Part shown: piece after piece, positions 43,090 through 55,224 of the stretch | Layout of the letters: every line of letters begins with the position of its first letter | Numbering within the stretch: position 1 is the stretch's first letter | NCBI GenBank assembly: GCA_951406725.2 | Contig: OX597815.1 | Span: forward strand, 210,676,001-210,740,000 | Reading direction: 5' to 3' | DNA length: 64,000 bases | Origin: Octopus vulgaris | Taxonomy: Eukaryota | The notes under the pieces: model-generated | The model's input: the letters and a program-made list of their open reading frames with translations, nothing else | Databases searched by the model: none | What the model was told of the DNA's origin: nothing | Translations under genes and position numbers: made by a program

Positions 43090-43239
43090 CCCCCCAAAAA
43101 ACAAACTGAAGCTAAATTCATAAGATAAAAGTTAACGGATATCAGTTTGCGTTAGCTTCAGCTAATTTGCAAAGTTGAATTTCTAGTTGGCGGATTAAGA
43201 GTTAGAGAAGCTAACTTTCAGGCTAGCTGTGCCCACAAT

Positions 43240-43241
<2 letters not shown>
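43090..43241. mobile_element. Possible hAT-type element end
   Basis: Repeated aagcta/ttagc subterminal motifs ending tagctgtgcccacaattg; recognised by recall only. Confidence 0.3.
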
Positions 43242-43298
<57 letters not shown>

Positions 43299-43303
43299 AT
43301 ATG

Positions 43304-43603
43304 ACAATTGCAGCGTGGAAGGTGTTATAAGCCATTCAAGAAACATACAAAATCCGTTAGATTCACTTCAGCATTTAAATTTAAGTTTTCAAAAAATTGC
43401 GTGCTGCACGGAATTTTGTCAGTGAACAGGTCGCGGCCTCAAAGCGACGAACATATTTTGACAAATTAAATTTAAATGTTGAAGTAAATCTAACGGATTT
43501 TGTGTGTTTCTTAAATGGCTTATAAGCACCTTCCACGCTGCAAATGTTTTCGTTTCAGCACACGATCTCAGGTCAAATTACTTGCTATGCGAGTACATCT
43601 CCG

Positions 43604-43606
<3 letters not shown>
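43304..43606. mobile_element. Second copy of the hammerhead foldback element (left arm lacks ribozyme part)
   Basis: Closely similar to 53886-54218 including the tail; next to TA/TG microsatellites. Confidence 0.85.
43415..43465 (+). ncRNA. G3-C8 hammerhead motif with GAAA>GAAC lesion
   Basis: tttgtca-GTGAACA-g-gtcgc..gcgac-GAAC-atat-tt-tgacaaa. Confidence 0.55.
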
Positions 43607-43674
<68 letters not shown>

Positions 43675-44094
43675 TGTGCGTGTGTGTGAAGTTATAAGCT
43701 GACGGTGGTGTATACATGTGCATGTACGTATCCATGTGTGTAACTTTGTGTTTGTCCGTCACCACCACTAGACAGCCAGTTCTGATGTATTTACGTCGCT
43801 GTAATTTAGAATATCGACAACAAAAACCGACAGAAAATGCCAAGCTCAAATAAGATATCAATGGTAAAGCATCGATTGCCTAAATCCTTCAATGCAGTTC
43901 TCAGCATGGCTACTGTCCGATGACGGAAACAATTAAAAGATAAATAACAAAAGAAAATACCATGACTGCCATCTACCTAAATGTATAGTACTTAAGTTCG
44001 TTTTGATGTATTTAATGAAAATTCTCAAAATTGTAAAATTTGTAGATTTGTAAAGTTGTCATTAGAAAACGTATTGTGATATTAATTGCTAATT

Positions 44095-44305
44095 TCACGT
44101 TTTGGCACAAGGCCTGCAATTTCGGGAGTGATGATAAGTCGATTATATCGACCCCCCATACTCAATTCGTACATATTTTATTGACTTCGAAATGATGAAA
44201 AGCAAAGTCAACCCCTTGGCGGGTTTGAACTAAGAACGTGAAGATGGATGAAATACGGCTAAGCATTGCGCCTGACCTGCTAACAATTCTGCCAGCTCGC
44301 CACTT
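44095..44305 (-). mobile_element. SINE family A
   Basis: Reverse-complement head and core. Confidence 0.8.
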
Positions 44306-44857
44306 TAACATCATGACATTAATTATTGACTGACTTTTTTTCCATTTCTTTCCAGCTAGTCAGGTTTGTTTCAACCAGTTCTCTATCATTTGGAACATCG
44401 ATGTTATCTCTATGCAGAGATTCTGCATTTAGCATCTTACAAAATAATTACACACGTAGATGCTTCTCTCTGGAGTCAGCTACTAATTTAATCCTTCTTA
44501 TGAATCCATTGAATTGAGGGATCAAACATATCATAGATTATATACATCTCTTATACCTGTTTTTTCCCCACAGACTACAAATATCTGTGGTTTTTCTCCG
44601 ACAAAATAATATAAAATTTTGGACATGTATACCCTCAACAATATATACAAACAGTGAATGGTTATAAAGTCGGTTATATGTGTGAGTAATGTGTGTGGTG
44701 TTTATAAAGAAGTACACACACACACACACATATATATATGTTTATATGTATATATGTATATATAAATATGTGTGTGTATATATATGAGTATATATATATT
44801 TATAAAAAAGAAGTTTGAAAGCGCCACAATATAAGATAAATTTTAATTTTCTGAGAG

Positions 44858-44905
44858 ATTTTACACGTTTCGGTTCTTCTTGAAAAAACGAACCTTATCA
44901 AAAAT
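44858..44905 (-). ncRNA. Type I hammerhead, U3-A8 core variant
   Basis: Minus strand: attt-TTGATAA-ggttc..gaacc-GAAA-c-gt-GTA-aaat. Confidence 0.6.
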
Positions 44906-45066
44906 ATATATATTTTAAAAGTTAAGTGTAATAAAAATTTCATAATTGTTTCTTACTAGTCACAACTCAGTCTAAGTGGTGGTGCTTTGTGTGTGGGAGC
45001 AGAATAGTTGTCTTGTGCGTTGACTAGAATCGGTGGCTGTAATAGTGAAAGTGCCACCTACGCTTG

Positions 45067-45202
<136 letters not shown>

Positions 45203-46039
45203 ATGTATGTATGTATGTATAAACTTATTGTTAAAAAAAGTCGGGATGTGTGGCGTTCGGTTACTCAATAAATGAAAATTGCATTAAATGAACAACGATA
45301 GCTAAAAAGCGTACATGTAGGACAAAAATAGAAGGTCCTAATTCTTCCTCACTTATCAACCGAATGTTAATACTTAGTTTCATGGATGGATGGAAGGTTG
45401 GATGGATGGATGGATGGATGGGTGGATGGATGGATGGATGGACGGACGGACGGACGGATGGATAAATGGATAGATAGATGTGTATACTTTAGTCAAAGGA
45501 GAAGCGGTAGGGATCATCACACTGATAGGATTTGAAACCAGAACTAAACGAGTAAAATCAAAACACTGTAAAGTACTTGAAAATCATTTTGATAAAAGTG
45601 CCTAAGTCACATAGATTTTCGTGCATCTTGAGTAGTTTCGGAGATAGGATCTAAAGTTAGCCAATTCTTAATGGTCATTACCCTCTCTATTGCACTCGTA
45701 GCGGTTAAATTATGACAATCACATACTGTTAGAATATAATAACGACATTTATTGACAAATAATAATCAGTTTGTGCTTTGTTTTATTCAGTTTTTAAATT
45801 TATGCAATTAGAATTTGAAGAATAATAAGTGTTCCTTATAAAATATTTCAATAGATAATTGTAGCAAATGCTTTTATTATAAAGAAATTAAAATAAAAGG
45901 AACGGAAAGGTTATTAATTTTTTTCAAAAGCAATGAAATATAATTGCATGTGAAGGACAAGTTGACACAATACGTTTCTAGAAATGAAATAAAAGGAGGC
46001 TGGATTTCCAAGAAATGAAGGATGGATTCAATATACAAA

Positions 46040-46080
46040 GGATGATGATGAGGATAATAATAATAATGATGATGATGATT

Positions 46081-46116
<36 letters not shown>

Positions 46117-46290
46117 GTGATGGTGGTGGTGGTGGTGGTGGTGGTGGTGGTGGTGGTGGTGGTGGTAGAGGTGGTGTTTGGTGATGATGATGATGATAAT
46201 AATGATAATGAGAATGAGAAGAAGGAGAAGAAGAAGAAGAAGAAGAAGAAGAAGAAGAAGAAGAAGAAGAAGAAGAAGAAGAAGAAGAGG
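46040..46290. repeat. Compound GAT/GGT/AAG microsatellite
   Basis: Direct reading. Confidence 0.95.
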
Positions 46291-47737
46291 AAATATTCCT
46301 AGTACTGATTGAAAGTTCGCCATTTTGAAATTTATCATATAATAACCTTAATAATTATACTAAATTTTCTGGTTTGCATAAGGTTTTAGCGAGCCTTTTA
46401 CAATATGATTTTAGTTATTTTCGAAATCATGTTCCGTGTAAATATATGAATTTGAATTAACTGTAAGCATTTTACAGTTTCTAATTAGCCATTCCATTTT
46501 TATTCAAAAAATTATATACATATCGTTGGACTAATGCTTAATTCTAACATATGTATCTTTAAGGATGTAAGCGACAAAATTCGATTCGATATTATTTATT
46601 TACAAGCAAACAAATATTGCAAAACAATGTCTTTCCGGTACTCTTAATGATATTTTCAGATTTCTATGAGGGCCAAGCATATGTGCTAATACTAGGACGT
46701 GGGTTACAAACAATTACATATTTCCATATCTCCTGGGAACCTATTCACAAAACGGGAGCTGGTCCGAAATAGAATGCAATAGATTGACTAAAACCAGACA
46801 GTAGTATCTTACAGAGTTACAAATACATCAACCACAAAAAGGAAAATCAGGAGCACCCTCTAAAATGTAATTCTACAGTTTCCCGGCACTAACTTTCCCA
46901 TTAAAGGCTTTCGCAGACCAAAATACAATGTAGGCGATAGTTGCAAAAACTGGTGTGCAATGGAATTGGACAGGAAGTTGTGTCATTGCGGGACATGCTT
47001 TTTAAGTGGCATTAAAGCAAAATATGGTTATGGAGATGCTTAATTTACTTAAAAATAAAATTTTAAAATGAATACATGCATGTAAAAATATTTTGGATAC
47101 TGGGAGTGAAATGAAATAATCTTAATATGTGTGTGTGTGTGCATATATATATATAAGCATTTCATTTAATTTTCATGTATGCGCAGGAACCAAGGTATCC
47201 AGACATACTCTTATACTATTTCATTAATGTTATATTGTCGTGCTATCAAACTTCAATTGCTTAGATATTTTGAAGATTCTATGTATTACTTCTAAAATTT
47301 TAAAATATCCATCTAAATTATCCATTAGCTTCAAATTAAGAATTCGGATAGATGCTATCACATCTAGTACGGAATATATTGCTTGTAATTAATTTATTTA
47401 AAACGCTTAAGTGGCATATTTTGTAATTCTAATTTCCTTTTATTACATTAAATACTAGAAATGATTTCAAATATATACTTAATGTATTTTAACTTCTAAA
47501 TTTTACTGCATTTTACCGCGGGGAGAATAATTCTCAATTATGATAAAAGTTGTGGAAATAACATTTCTCTTTAGTGATGTCTCCTATCGGACTCCTGGGC
47601 ACGTTTCTGTCTATTTACACTTTCTCAGTAGGAAATACCGAAGGGGACCACCCTGGGCAGAGAGAAGTCGTAGCTTTAAAATAGAATAGTCAATTGTCAG
47701 TGACTGACATGAATAAATACAGAAGCAGTACGATCTA

Positions 47738-47782
<45 letters not shown>

Positions 47783-47794
47783 TGTGTGTGTACG

Positions 47795-47934
47795 AGGCAT
47801 AGGAGTGGCACTGTGGTATGTAGCTTGCTTATGGAGCACAGGGTTCCGGGTTCAGTCCCACTGCGTCGGCAAGTGTCTTCTACTATACCCTCGGACCGAC
47901 CAAATCTTTGTGAGTGGATTTGGTACACGGAAAC
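47795..47934 (+). mobile_element. SINE family B 5' part fused to PLE
   Basis: Head and CORE-like part end at cggaaac; the rest of the SINE is absent. Confidence 0.85.
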
Positions 47935-49063
47935 CTTCAGTAAGACATTCCCTAACGTACATTTCGCCATCTACAAAGATGATGCCCTCGCCTTAACAGC
48001 TAATACAAATGGACCAGCACAAGATCGTTTTAGGAAGGATATTATCCAGTTAATGAAACACTTCGGACTTAGTATAACTATAGACACTAACCTGACGGTT
48101 GTCAATTTCTTAGACGTTTCCTTAGATCTTAATAATAATATTTATAAGCCTTATAGGAAGCCCAATGATAGACTAAGTTATATTAATGTAGGTTCATGCC
48201 ATCCCCCTATAGTATTCAAAAATTTAGTTAAAAATATTAGTAAGAGGATTTCTAGCCTCTCATCTAATGAGGACATCTTCAATAGCGTTGCCCCAGTTTA
48301 TAATAAAGCTTTAAAAGATAGTGGTTTTAGCGAAAAAATAAAATATACACCTATCACCAGCCCAACAATAAGGAAAAGGAATAATAGAAATAGGAAGGTC
48401 ATCTGGTTTACGCCCCCTTACTCACCCGAGGTGGCCTTCAATATAGGTAAATATTTCCTAGCACTGATAGATAGACATTTTCCAGTTAACCATGCTTATA
48501 GGAAACTCTTCAATAGACACAATTTAAAAATTAGTTTTAGTTCAACTACCAATTTTAAAAACATAATCAATCATAACATACAAAAAACACAAGAAGAAAA
48601 CAGCTGTTCATGCAGGAATAAAGAATTGTGCCCGCTAAATGGAGCTTGCATGTCCAAGACCATCATATATGAAGCTACCGTAAACTCTATAACCACTAAA
48701 GACACCGTTTCGACGAAGAAATACGTGGGCCTGACAGAGGGTAATTTCAAGTCCAGGTTCAATAACCACACTTTGAGCTTTAGGCACTGGAACAAAAGAA
48801 AAGCGACACAATTATCCAATCATATTTGGTCTTTAAGAGATAAAGGTGTCGATTATAACATACAATGGAAGATTTTGGCCAGATGTAAGCCCTATACTAA
48901 CGGCAGCGGAAGGTGCGGTTTATGCGACATGGAGAGATGGCTTATCTGGAAAAGCAGCTTAGACCCTACCACATGTCTAAATACAAGGACAGAGCTTTTC
49001 GGATCATGCCCACATGTGACTAAATTTCTGTTACGTTTTTGGTCCCCTAAAGAAAACGGATAG
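47831..49063 (+). CDS. Chimeric ORF (410 aa): SINE-derived ATG/N-terminus in frame with PLE RT C-half + GIY-YIG endonuclease
   Basis: Stop-free frame from ATG at 47831 inside the SINE across the junction at ~47934; N-terminal RT motifs missing; expression unknown. Confidence 0.45.
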   Translation: MEHRVPGSVPLRRQVSSTIPSDRPNLCEWIWYTETFSKTFPNVHFAIYKDDALALTANTNGPAQDRFRKDIIQLMKHFGLSITIDTNLTVVNFLDVSLDLNNNIYKPYRKPNDRLSYINVGSCHPPIVFKNLVKNISKRISSLSSNEDIFNSVAPVYNKALKDSGFSEKIKYTPITSPTIRKRNNRNRKVIWFTPPYSPEVAFNIGKYFLALIDRHFPVNHAYRKLFNRHNLKISFSSTTNFKNIINHNIQKTQEENSCSCRNKELCPLNGACMSKTIIYEATVNSITTKDTVSTKKYVGLTEGNFKSRFNNHTLSFRHWNKRKATQLSNHIWSLRDKGVDYNIQWKILARCKPYTNGSGRCGLCDMERWLIWKSSLDPTTCLNTRTELFGSCPHVTKFLLRFWSPKENG

Positions 49064-49416
49064 AACATGCTTTCTGTGTTATGTCCCAAGAAGATTTTAT
49101 ATATTTTTATATATTTTTATATATTTTTATGTATTTTTATATAATTTTTATGACGAAAAATGCGAGCGATGTATAAGTACGCAGGCAAAGCAGAGTTATA
49201 ACAGAGTAATTTCCCTTCATTTTTAACGGTATTTTTTCATAACGTTTTCAAATAGCCAGATAACCGAAGAGATGGTGTTGTGGATTTCCACTTCGGCATC
49301 TGAAACTCAGAGTTTTATCTTGACTACCGAGTAATGTAACATATTGTATAGATAAATTTCCTCTATTTACATAATATTGAGGTCTCTTTCTTTCTTTTGT
49401 TATCTTACCGTTTTAT

Positions 49417-49418
<2 letters not shown>
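47935..49418 (+). mobile_element. 5'-truncated Penelope-like retroelement (RT C-half + GIY-YIG + 3' pLTR with hammerhead), possibly Naiad-like clade
   Basis: ORF 47780-49063 has YKDD (47972-47983), 'VNFLDVSLDL..YKPYRKP', thumb, 'CSCR..CPLNGAC', GIY-YIG 'IIYEATV..YVGLT..FKSRFNNH', 'CGLC..E..I..LN.R.E..CPH'; AT-rich 3' region with hammerhead; ends in (TA)n. Clade assignment is inference. Confidence 0.92.
49258..49320 (+). ncRNA. Type I hammerhead in PLE 3' pLTR
   Basis: Helix I agataa/ttatct; CCGAAGA; helix II gatg..gtgga/tccac..catc; GAAA; ctc-a-gag; GUU site. Confidence 0.75.
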
Positions 49419-49492
<74 letters not shown>

Positions 49493-49494
<2 letters not shown>

Positions 49495-49654
49495 GCAAAG
49501 GCATAACAGCGTAGTAAGAGGCTTGCTTCCCACCCACATGGTTTCGGGTTTAGTCCCACTGCATGACACTGAGGGCAAGTGCTTCTACTACAGCCCCAGA
49601 CCGATCAAATCCTTGTGAGTAGATCTGGTAGACGGAAACTGAAAGAAGCCCGTT

Positions 49655-49693
<39 letters not shown>

Positions 49694-49708
49694 TAATATA
49701 TATATACA

Positions 49709-49745
<37 letters not shown>

Positions 49746-50022
49746 GCATATATATGTGTGTGTATGTGTGCGTGTGTATGCAAGCGTCTGTGTGTGTGTG
49801 TTTGTTTGTGTGACTTTGTGTCTGGTTGTGTGTATCTTTGTATCTGGGTTTGTCCCACCACCATCGCTTTACAACTGATGTTGGTGTGTTTACGTCCCCG
49901 CAACATAGCGATAGAACAAGTACCAGGCTTACAAAGAATACATTCTGGAGACGATTTCTGCCAGTGAAAGACCATTTAAAATAGTGCTCCGTCATGACCA
50001 CAGTGAAATGACTGGAACAAGT
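49493..50022 (+). mobile_element. SINE family B
   Basis: Full copy with expanded internal microsatellite. Confidence 0.85.
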
Positions 50023-51161
50023 ATATGCTTACTGTGCCACCATCTTTTCATAGTCTGTCTAGAAATGGCTGACTTTGAATAATACATATGCATGAGTTGT
50101 CCGATTTCCTTTCGGCTCTAATTTCTCCATTAACTTACCTCAATTACTTATATACAATTCTTTTACATATGTCAGTTCATCTATCCCTCCAATAATCTTT
50201 CATTCTCAGCTGATCGTTTTTCTTCTTATTAAACTTATGCACTCAAAAATGTTAATTCCAAATGGTTTAAACAAGTATTAAAACAAGCTGCTCAAATCCT
50301 ACCCTCAATAAGGAGTTGCCAAATGGGAATTTCTGTTGAGACATTTTACTATATTTTTTTTTTCGTTTCTTCTTCATCTTCCGAAAATTGAAAATTATAA
50401 ATTTTTCTTTCTTTTAATTCGCATTTACTCTGCGGAATTCACATGGAAGCATCTTAAAACAAATTTGAAATTAATTGTATTTTGATAGAAAAATATATTT
50501 GTAAAAAAATTCAAAAATATCTTCAAGTTTTTGAGTCAATTACATTTTGAATTAATCTTCAAATTCAGAATCACATTAGTATACTGAAATTGATTAAATT
50601 TAAATCATTACATGAATTTTGCTTTTCTCTATATATTTTCATATTTAAACTGAAATTTTTACAAGACATACTATAGTTATTTTAATATGACCACACTTTA
50701 AAGCAGATTTTTGAAAGCTGGACAAAAGAGTCTACAAAATCAAAATAAGCATGATATAATTTAAAGCTGATCCTTTCAAATGCTGAATTATAAGCTAAGG
50801 CAAAGCAGGTGTGACGTTGTAAAAATGTCGTAATGACATTGTAATTCGAAATAAATAAATCCATAAGTACCACAATGTCACAAGTTTCAGGAAATTGTAA
50901 ACTATTCTGTGATATTTTATGTTGACTACAGTAAAATGTATATGAAAATGAAGACAATGTTGCTAAATTATGAATATACTGCTTCTCCCAAGGAAATTTT
51001 CCAAAACGTCTCATAAAGTGTAACAACAAAGCGGAAGTGATACGTAGATATAGTTACATTTCACATACGCAGATGTACGTTCGTAGGTTGACTATGAAGG
51101 AGCAATGCTAGAACTGTGAAATCTTGCACGCATTAATTTCAATACTCCTTATTGATATTGC

Positions 51162-51552
51162 ATTCTTTTACTTGTTTCAGTTATTTGACTGCGGCCATGC
51201 TGGAGTACAGCCTTTAGTCAAGAAAATCGACCCCAGGATTTATTCTTTGGAAGCCTGGTACTTATTCTATCGGGCTCTTTTGCAGAACCGCTAGGTCACG
51301 GGGACGTAAACACCAGCATTGGTTTTCAAGTGATGTTGGGGGGACAAACACAGGTAGACAAACATATACACATATGTATATATACATATACATATATACG
51401 ACGGGTTTCCTTCAGTTTCCCTCTACCACATCCATTCACAAGGTTTTGGTCGGCCCGAGGTTATATTAGAAGACACTTGTCCAAAGTGCCACGCAGTGGG
51501 ACTGAACCTGTGGTTGGTTAGCAAGCTACTTACCACACAGCCCCTCCTGCGC
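51162..51552 (-). mobile_element. SINE family B
   Basis: Full reverse-complement copy. Confidence 0.85.
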
Positions 51553-52279
51553 ATTGTTCATTTTCTGCAGGAAAACTGAGATCTCAAGTTCAAAGCAGTC
51601 TTTAAAAGTAACTAGTTGCGATTTTTCTTGAAAATCGACAAAGTTTGGCGTCGTGGTGTTATCAAGTTCTTGCAACGACATTCATGCTCTCATGGTTGCT
51701 ACATTAGGGTAGATGTTCCACACACATTTTGTAAAATCTTTTCCCAAAGGTTAGTGTCTTTCTACTTTCTAAAAAGGTTATTTTCACGTCCTGCCTTATA
51801 TATATATATATATGTATATATAAGACAGGGATTTTGTGCGAATAAATCTCTCAAAAGGAATTTCTAAAGACATGAAGGTGCTAAATCGATAAAGAGAAAG
51901 TATCCAAAATCCCAACTACCTACTTTATCTCTCAGTCTTTCTCTCTCTCTGTTTTTCATCTCTCATTCTCTCTCTTTCGCTCTCTCACTTTATACACGCA
52001 CACATACGCACATATGTATGTATACACAAACACACACACATATATATGGAAGATACTGAAGGTCTATCTCCAAAATTTGGGATTGAAAGCTTTACCAACC
52101 ACAGACATGGATGCCACTGCATTGTTCCTATATCACATCCTCTCTATTTAGAGAAAGTTTACAGTATTGTAACAGTTATATTTGGAGGGCCCACAATTTC
52201 AACAGACTGCCCAAACAACCTCGAAGTTCTGTGATGTGTAAATGTGAATGATTTTTCAAAGATTATTCGCACAAATTCT

Positions 52280-52682
52280 AGTGGTGGTGGTGGTGGTTGT
52301 GGTGGTGGTGGCGGTGGTGGTGGCGGTTATGGTGGTGGTTGTGGTGGTGCTGGTGCTGGTGGTGGTGGTGGTGGTGGTGGTGGTTGTGGTGATGTTGGTT
52401 ATGGTGGTGGTTGTGGTGGTGATGGTGGTGGTGGTGGTGATGGTGGTGGTGGTTGTGGTGGTGGTGGTGGTGGTGGTTGTGGTGGTGGTGTTTGTGGTGG
52501 TGGTTATGGTGGCGGTTATGGTGGTGGTTGTGGTGGTGGTGATGTGTGGTTATGGTGCTGGTTGTGGTGGTTGTAGTTGTGGTGGTGGTTGTGGTGGTGG
52601 TTGTGGTGGTGGTGGTGGTGGTGGTGGTGGTGTTATGGTGGTGGTGGTGGTGGTGTTATGGTGGTGGTGGTGGTGGTGGTGT
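52280..52682. repeat. (GGT)n degenerate microsatellite
   Basis: Direct reading. Confidence 0.95.
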
Positions 52683-53648
52683 CGCTTGTGTCAATAGTAT
52701 CAACAATCTCAGCAAGGACGATATATTTTTACGATTGTGCTGCATTATTACTCACCGATATATGAATCTTATAAATATGTCAAACAGTTCTACTTCCAAA
52801 AACAAAGAAAAACAGAAAAAAAGAAAAAATCTGTTGTTTATATTAGGCTACGCAATATTTCTGCAGATATATTCCATTGACAAATATATTTCCATCCTAC
52901 TCAAGGACAAAATATACAAACTATGGAAACACATTATCTCATTATTTGTATTTCACAACCCCTTACACTTTTTGATTTGGAAACTTAGTCTGTTATTTAG
53001 ATGTTATTTCCAGTTTTAAATGGATTCATTTGAATGTTTATATTGTCTTATTCATCCAAAGATAACAAAAGCGAAATAATAACAGGAAAATTCTGTCCTA
53101 AAATTATTTTACCTAAACCTCCAAATAGGCATATATTTGCACGTTATGCACACACACACACACACACATTTATATATACATGTGTATGTACGTGTGTTTA
53201 TGATGTATGCTTGTATGTATCTGTGTATTTGTATTCATGTATGTATGTGTTGTTCAATTTTACACATTCCTGAACAACAAAGTCAATGAAAATATTGGAG
53301 TTATTTCATGTTGTTGGAAAGATAACTATTTTGAAAGAATAAAGAAAGATTTATTCTCTAAGCCATAATGCTTCCAAAATATTTACAAAGCGATAAATTC
53401 CATTCAGAAGCATATTTTCCATTGAAGAATTACTCTAGCCAAGTTAATGCATTGAATTCCCTGTGTTTCATTGTTTTATCATGTAGCTTTAGATTTTTAA
53501 CAACCAAATTTGAACAAGGGAGATAGATGTTGGCGAAATGAACAGAAATTATATATTTTATCCATCCAAGATGAATCACCTCTATAGTATGTTTACTACC
53601 CTACAAAAGTCACCTACGAAATCAGAAAAGACATATATATATATATAC

Positions 53649-53697
<49 letters not shown>

Positions 53698-53785
53698 TAT
53701 ATACATATATATATACATATATACATATATATATATATATACACATATATATATATATACATACATACATACATACACACATACG

Positions 53786-53885
<100 letters not shown>

Positions 53886-53960
53886 CAGCGTGGAAGGTGT
53901 TTGTAAGCCGTTTAAGAAACACACAAAAGCCGTTCGATTCACTTCAACATTTAAGTTTAA

Positions 53961-54011
53961 TTTGTCAAAATATTTTCGTCGCTTTAAGACTGCGACCTGT
54001 TCACTGACAAA
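53961..54011 (-). ncRNA. Type I hammerhead ribozyme, G3-C8 variant (inverted arm)
   Basis: Reverse complement of the 54030-54080 motif with one loop II difference. Confidence 0.7.
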
Positions 54012-54029
54012 AATCCATGTTGCATTTTT

Positions 54030-54080
54030 TTTGTCAGTGAACAGGTCGCGGTCTTAAAGCGACGAAAATATTTTGACAAA
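54030..54080 (+). ncRNA. Type I hammerhead ribozyme, G3-C8 core variant
   Basis: Helix I tttgtca/tgacaaa; core GTGAACA; one extra G then helix II gtcgc/gcgac; GAAA; palindromic helix III atat; site UUU. Confidence 0.72.
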
Positions 54081-54215
54081 TTAAACTTAAATGTTGAAGT
54101 GAATCGAACATTTTGTGTTTTCTTAAATGGCTTACAAACACCTTCCACGCTGCAATTGTTTTCGTTTCAGTACACGATCTCAGATCAAGTCACTTGCTAT
54201 GCAAGTATATCTCCG

Positions 54216-54301
<86 letters not shown>

Positions 54302-54772
54302 TAGTAAAAAGTGAAAAAACTACAGAAGGCTTGTTTTAAAAGGTTAAAAAGTATATATTTGAGTCATTATGTCTGAAGAATGTTATAAATTTTTTTCATA
54401 CAATGTATGTATGTATGTATATGTATATGCATGTATGTATATATAAATTGATAATAACAACAAGGTACAATGTGATACCATAGAGGAAAAGTTCAATCGT
54501 CACTAAGTGTGACTAACGGTGCCGAACCACCAAATTTGCGAGAAATGAGAGTTAAAATATAAGAGCGCAAATATATGCATATACTGATAGGGGAGGTAAC
54601 CACCCTGGCATATATGTATATATATATAGTTGAGAAAAGATCAGAGATCTATACAAATCAAATTTTAATATATAAAAGATGGAGGTGGGAATAGCACAGA
54701 AGTAAATCTAAGACCTTTCAATTTAGAAAGAATTTAATAAAATGATTTTGATATTATCTAAAGAAAATATAA

Positions 54773-54815
54773 AATGCTACCGGTTTCGATGATGAATATA
54801 ATCTTATCAAATATT
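54773..54815 (-). ncRNA. Degenerate type I hammerhead, U3-A8 variant
   Basis: Minus strand: aatat-TTGATAA-gat..atc-GAAA-ccgg-TA-gcatt; helix I imperfect. Confidence 0.45.
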
Positions 54816-55224
54816 AGTAAAAATTTGAAGTAAAAACAGTTTATCTTCTGTTTGGTGGTCAAAAACATGTTTGGAGATTTTTCGTTGAAGTCTTCTTTAA
54901 ATGTAGTTTGATATAGTGTTCAAGGCGCTAGAGCGAAATAAAGAGGGTTTAGTTGTCTAAACACACACACACATGCACAGACATAAAAGGTATATAATTG
55001 AAAGTGTTGTGCGTAATTATAAATCTTAGCTGTTTTCCCAGACGTTAAAACAGATGCAGATATCAAAGCGAACGTAGATATAGATTGAGAGCCTCCTAAA
55101 TCTATATAACTTGAAAGATGAAAGAAAACTATTACTAGATATATTTCTTGTTACAAAAGCAAGCATAAGAATGGTTCCAAAAAGACTTCAGGTTAGTGTT
55201 AAATATGCCCGCAGTCATAACCTG

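Larger units (their letters stand above)
53886..54218. mobile_element. Non-coding foldback element (inverted PLE-pLTR-like) with a hammerhead motif on each strand
   Basis: Arms 53886-54013 and ~54028-54152 nearly perfectly complementary, unpaired tail to 54218, flanked by (TA)n. Confidence 0.85.

Noticed and set aside
49064-49250. SECIS element downstream of the PLE ORF
   Set aside because: No in-frame TGA in the retained ORF and no convincing ATGA..AA..GA stem.
52244-52697. Gly-rich GGGC/GGY ORF resembling structural proteins
   Set aside because: Degenerate (GGT)n; frame shifts mid-repeat; no signal peptide or splice support.
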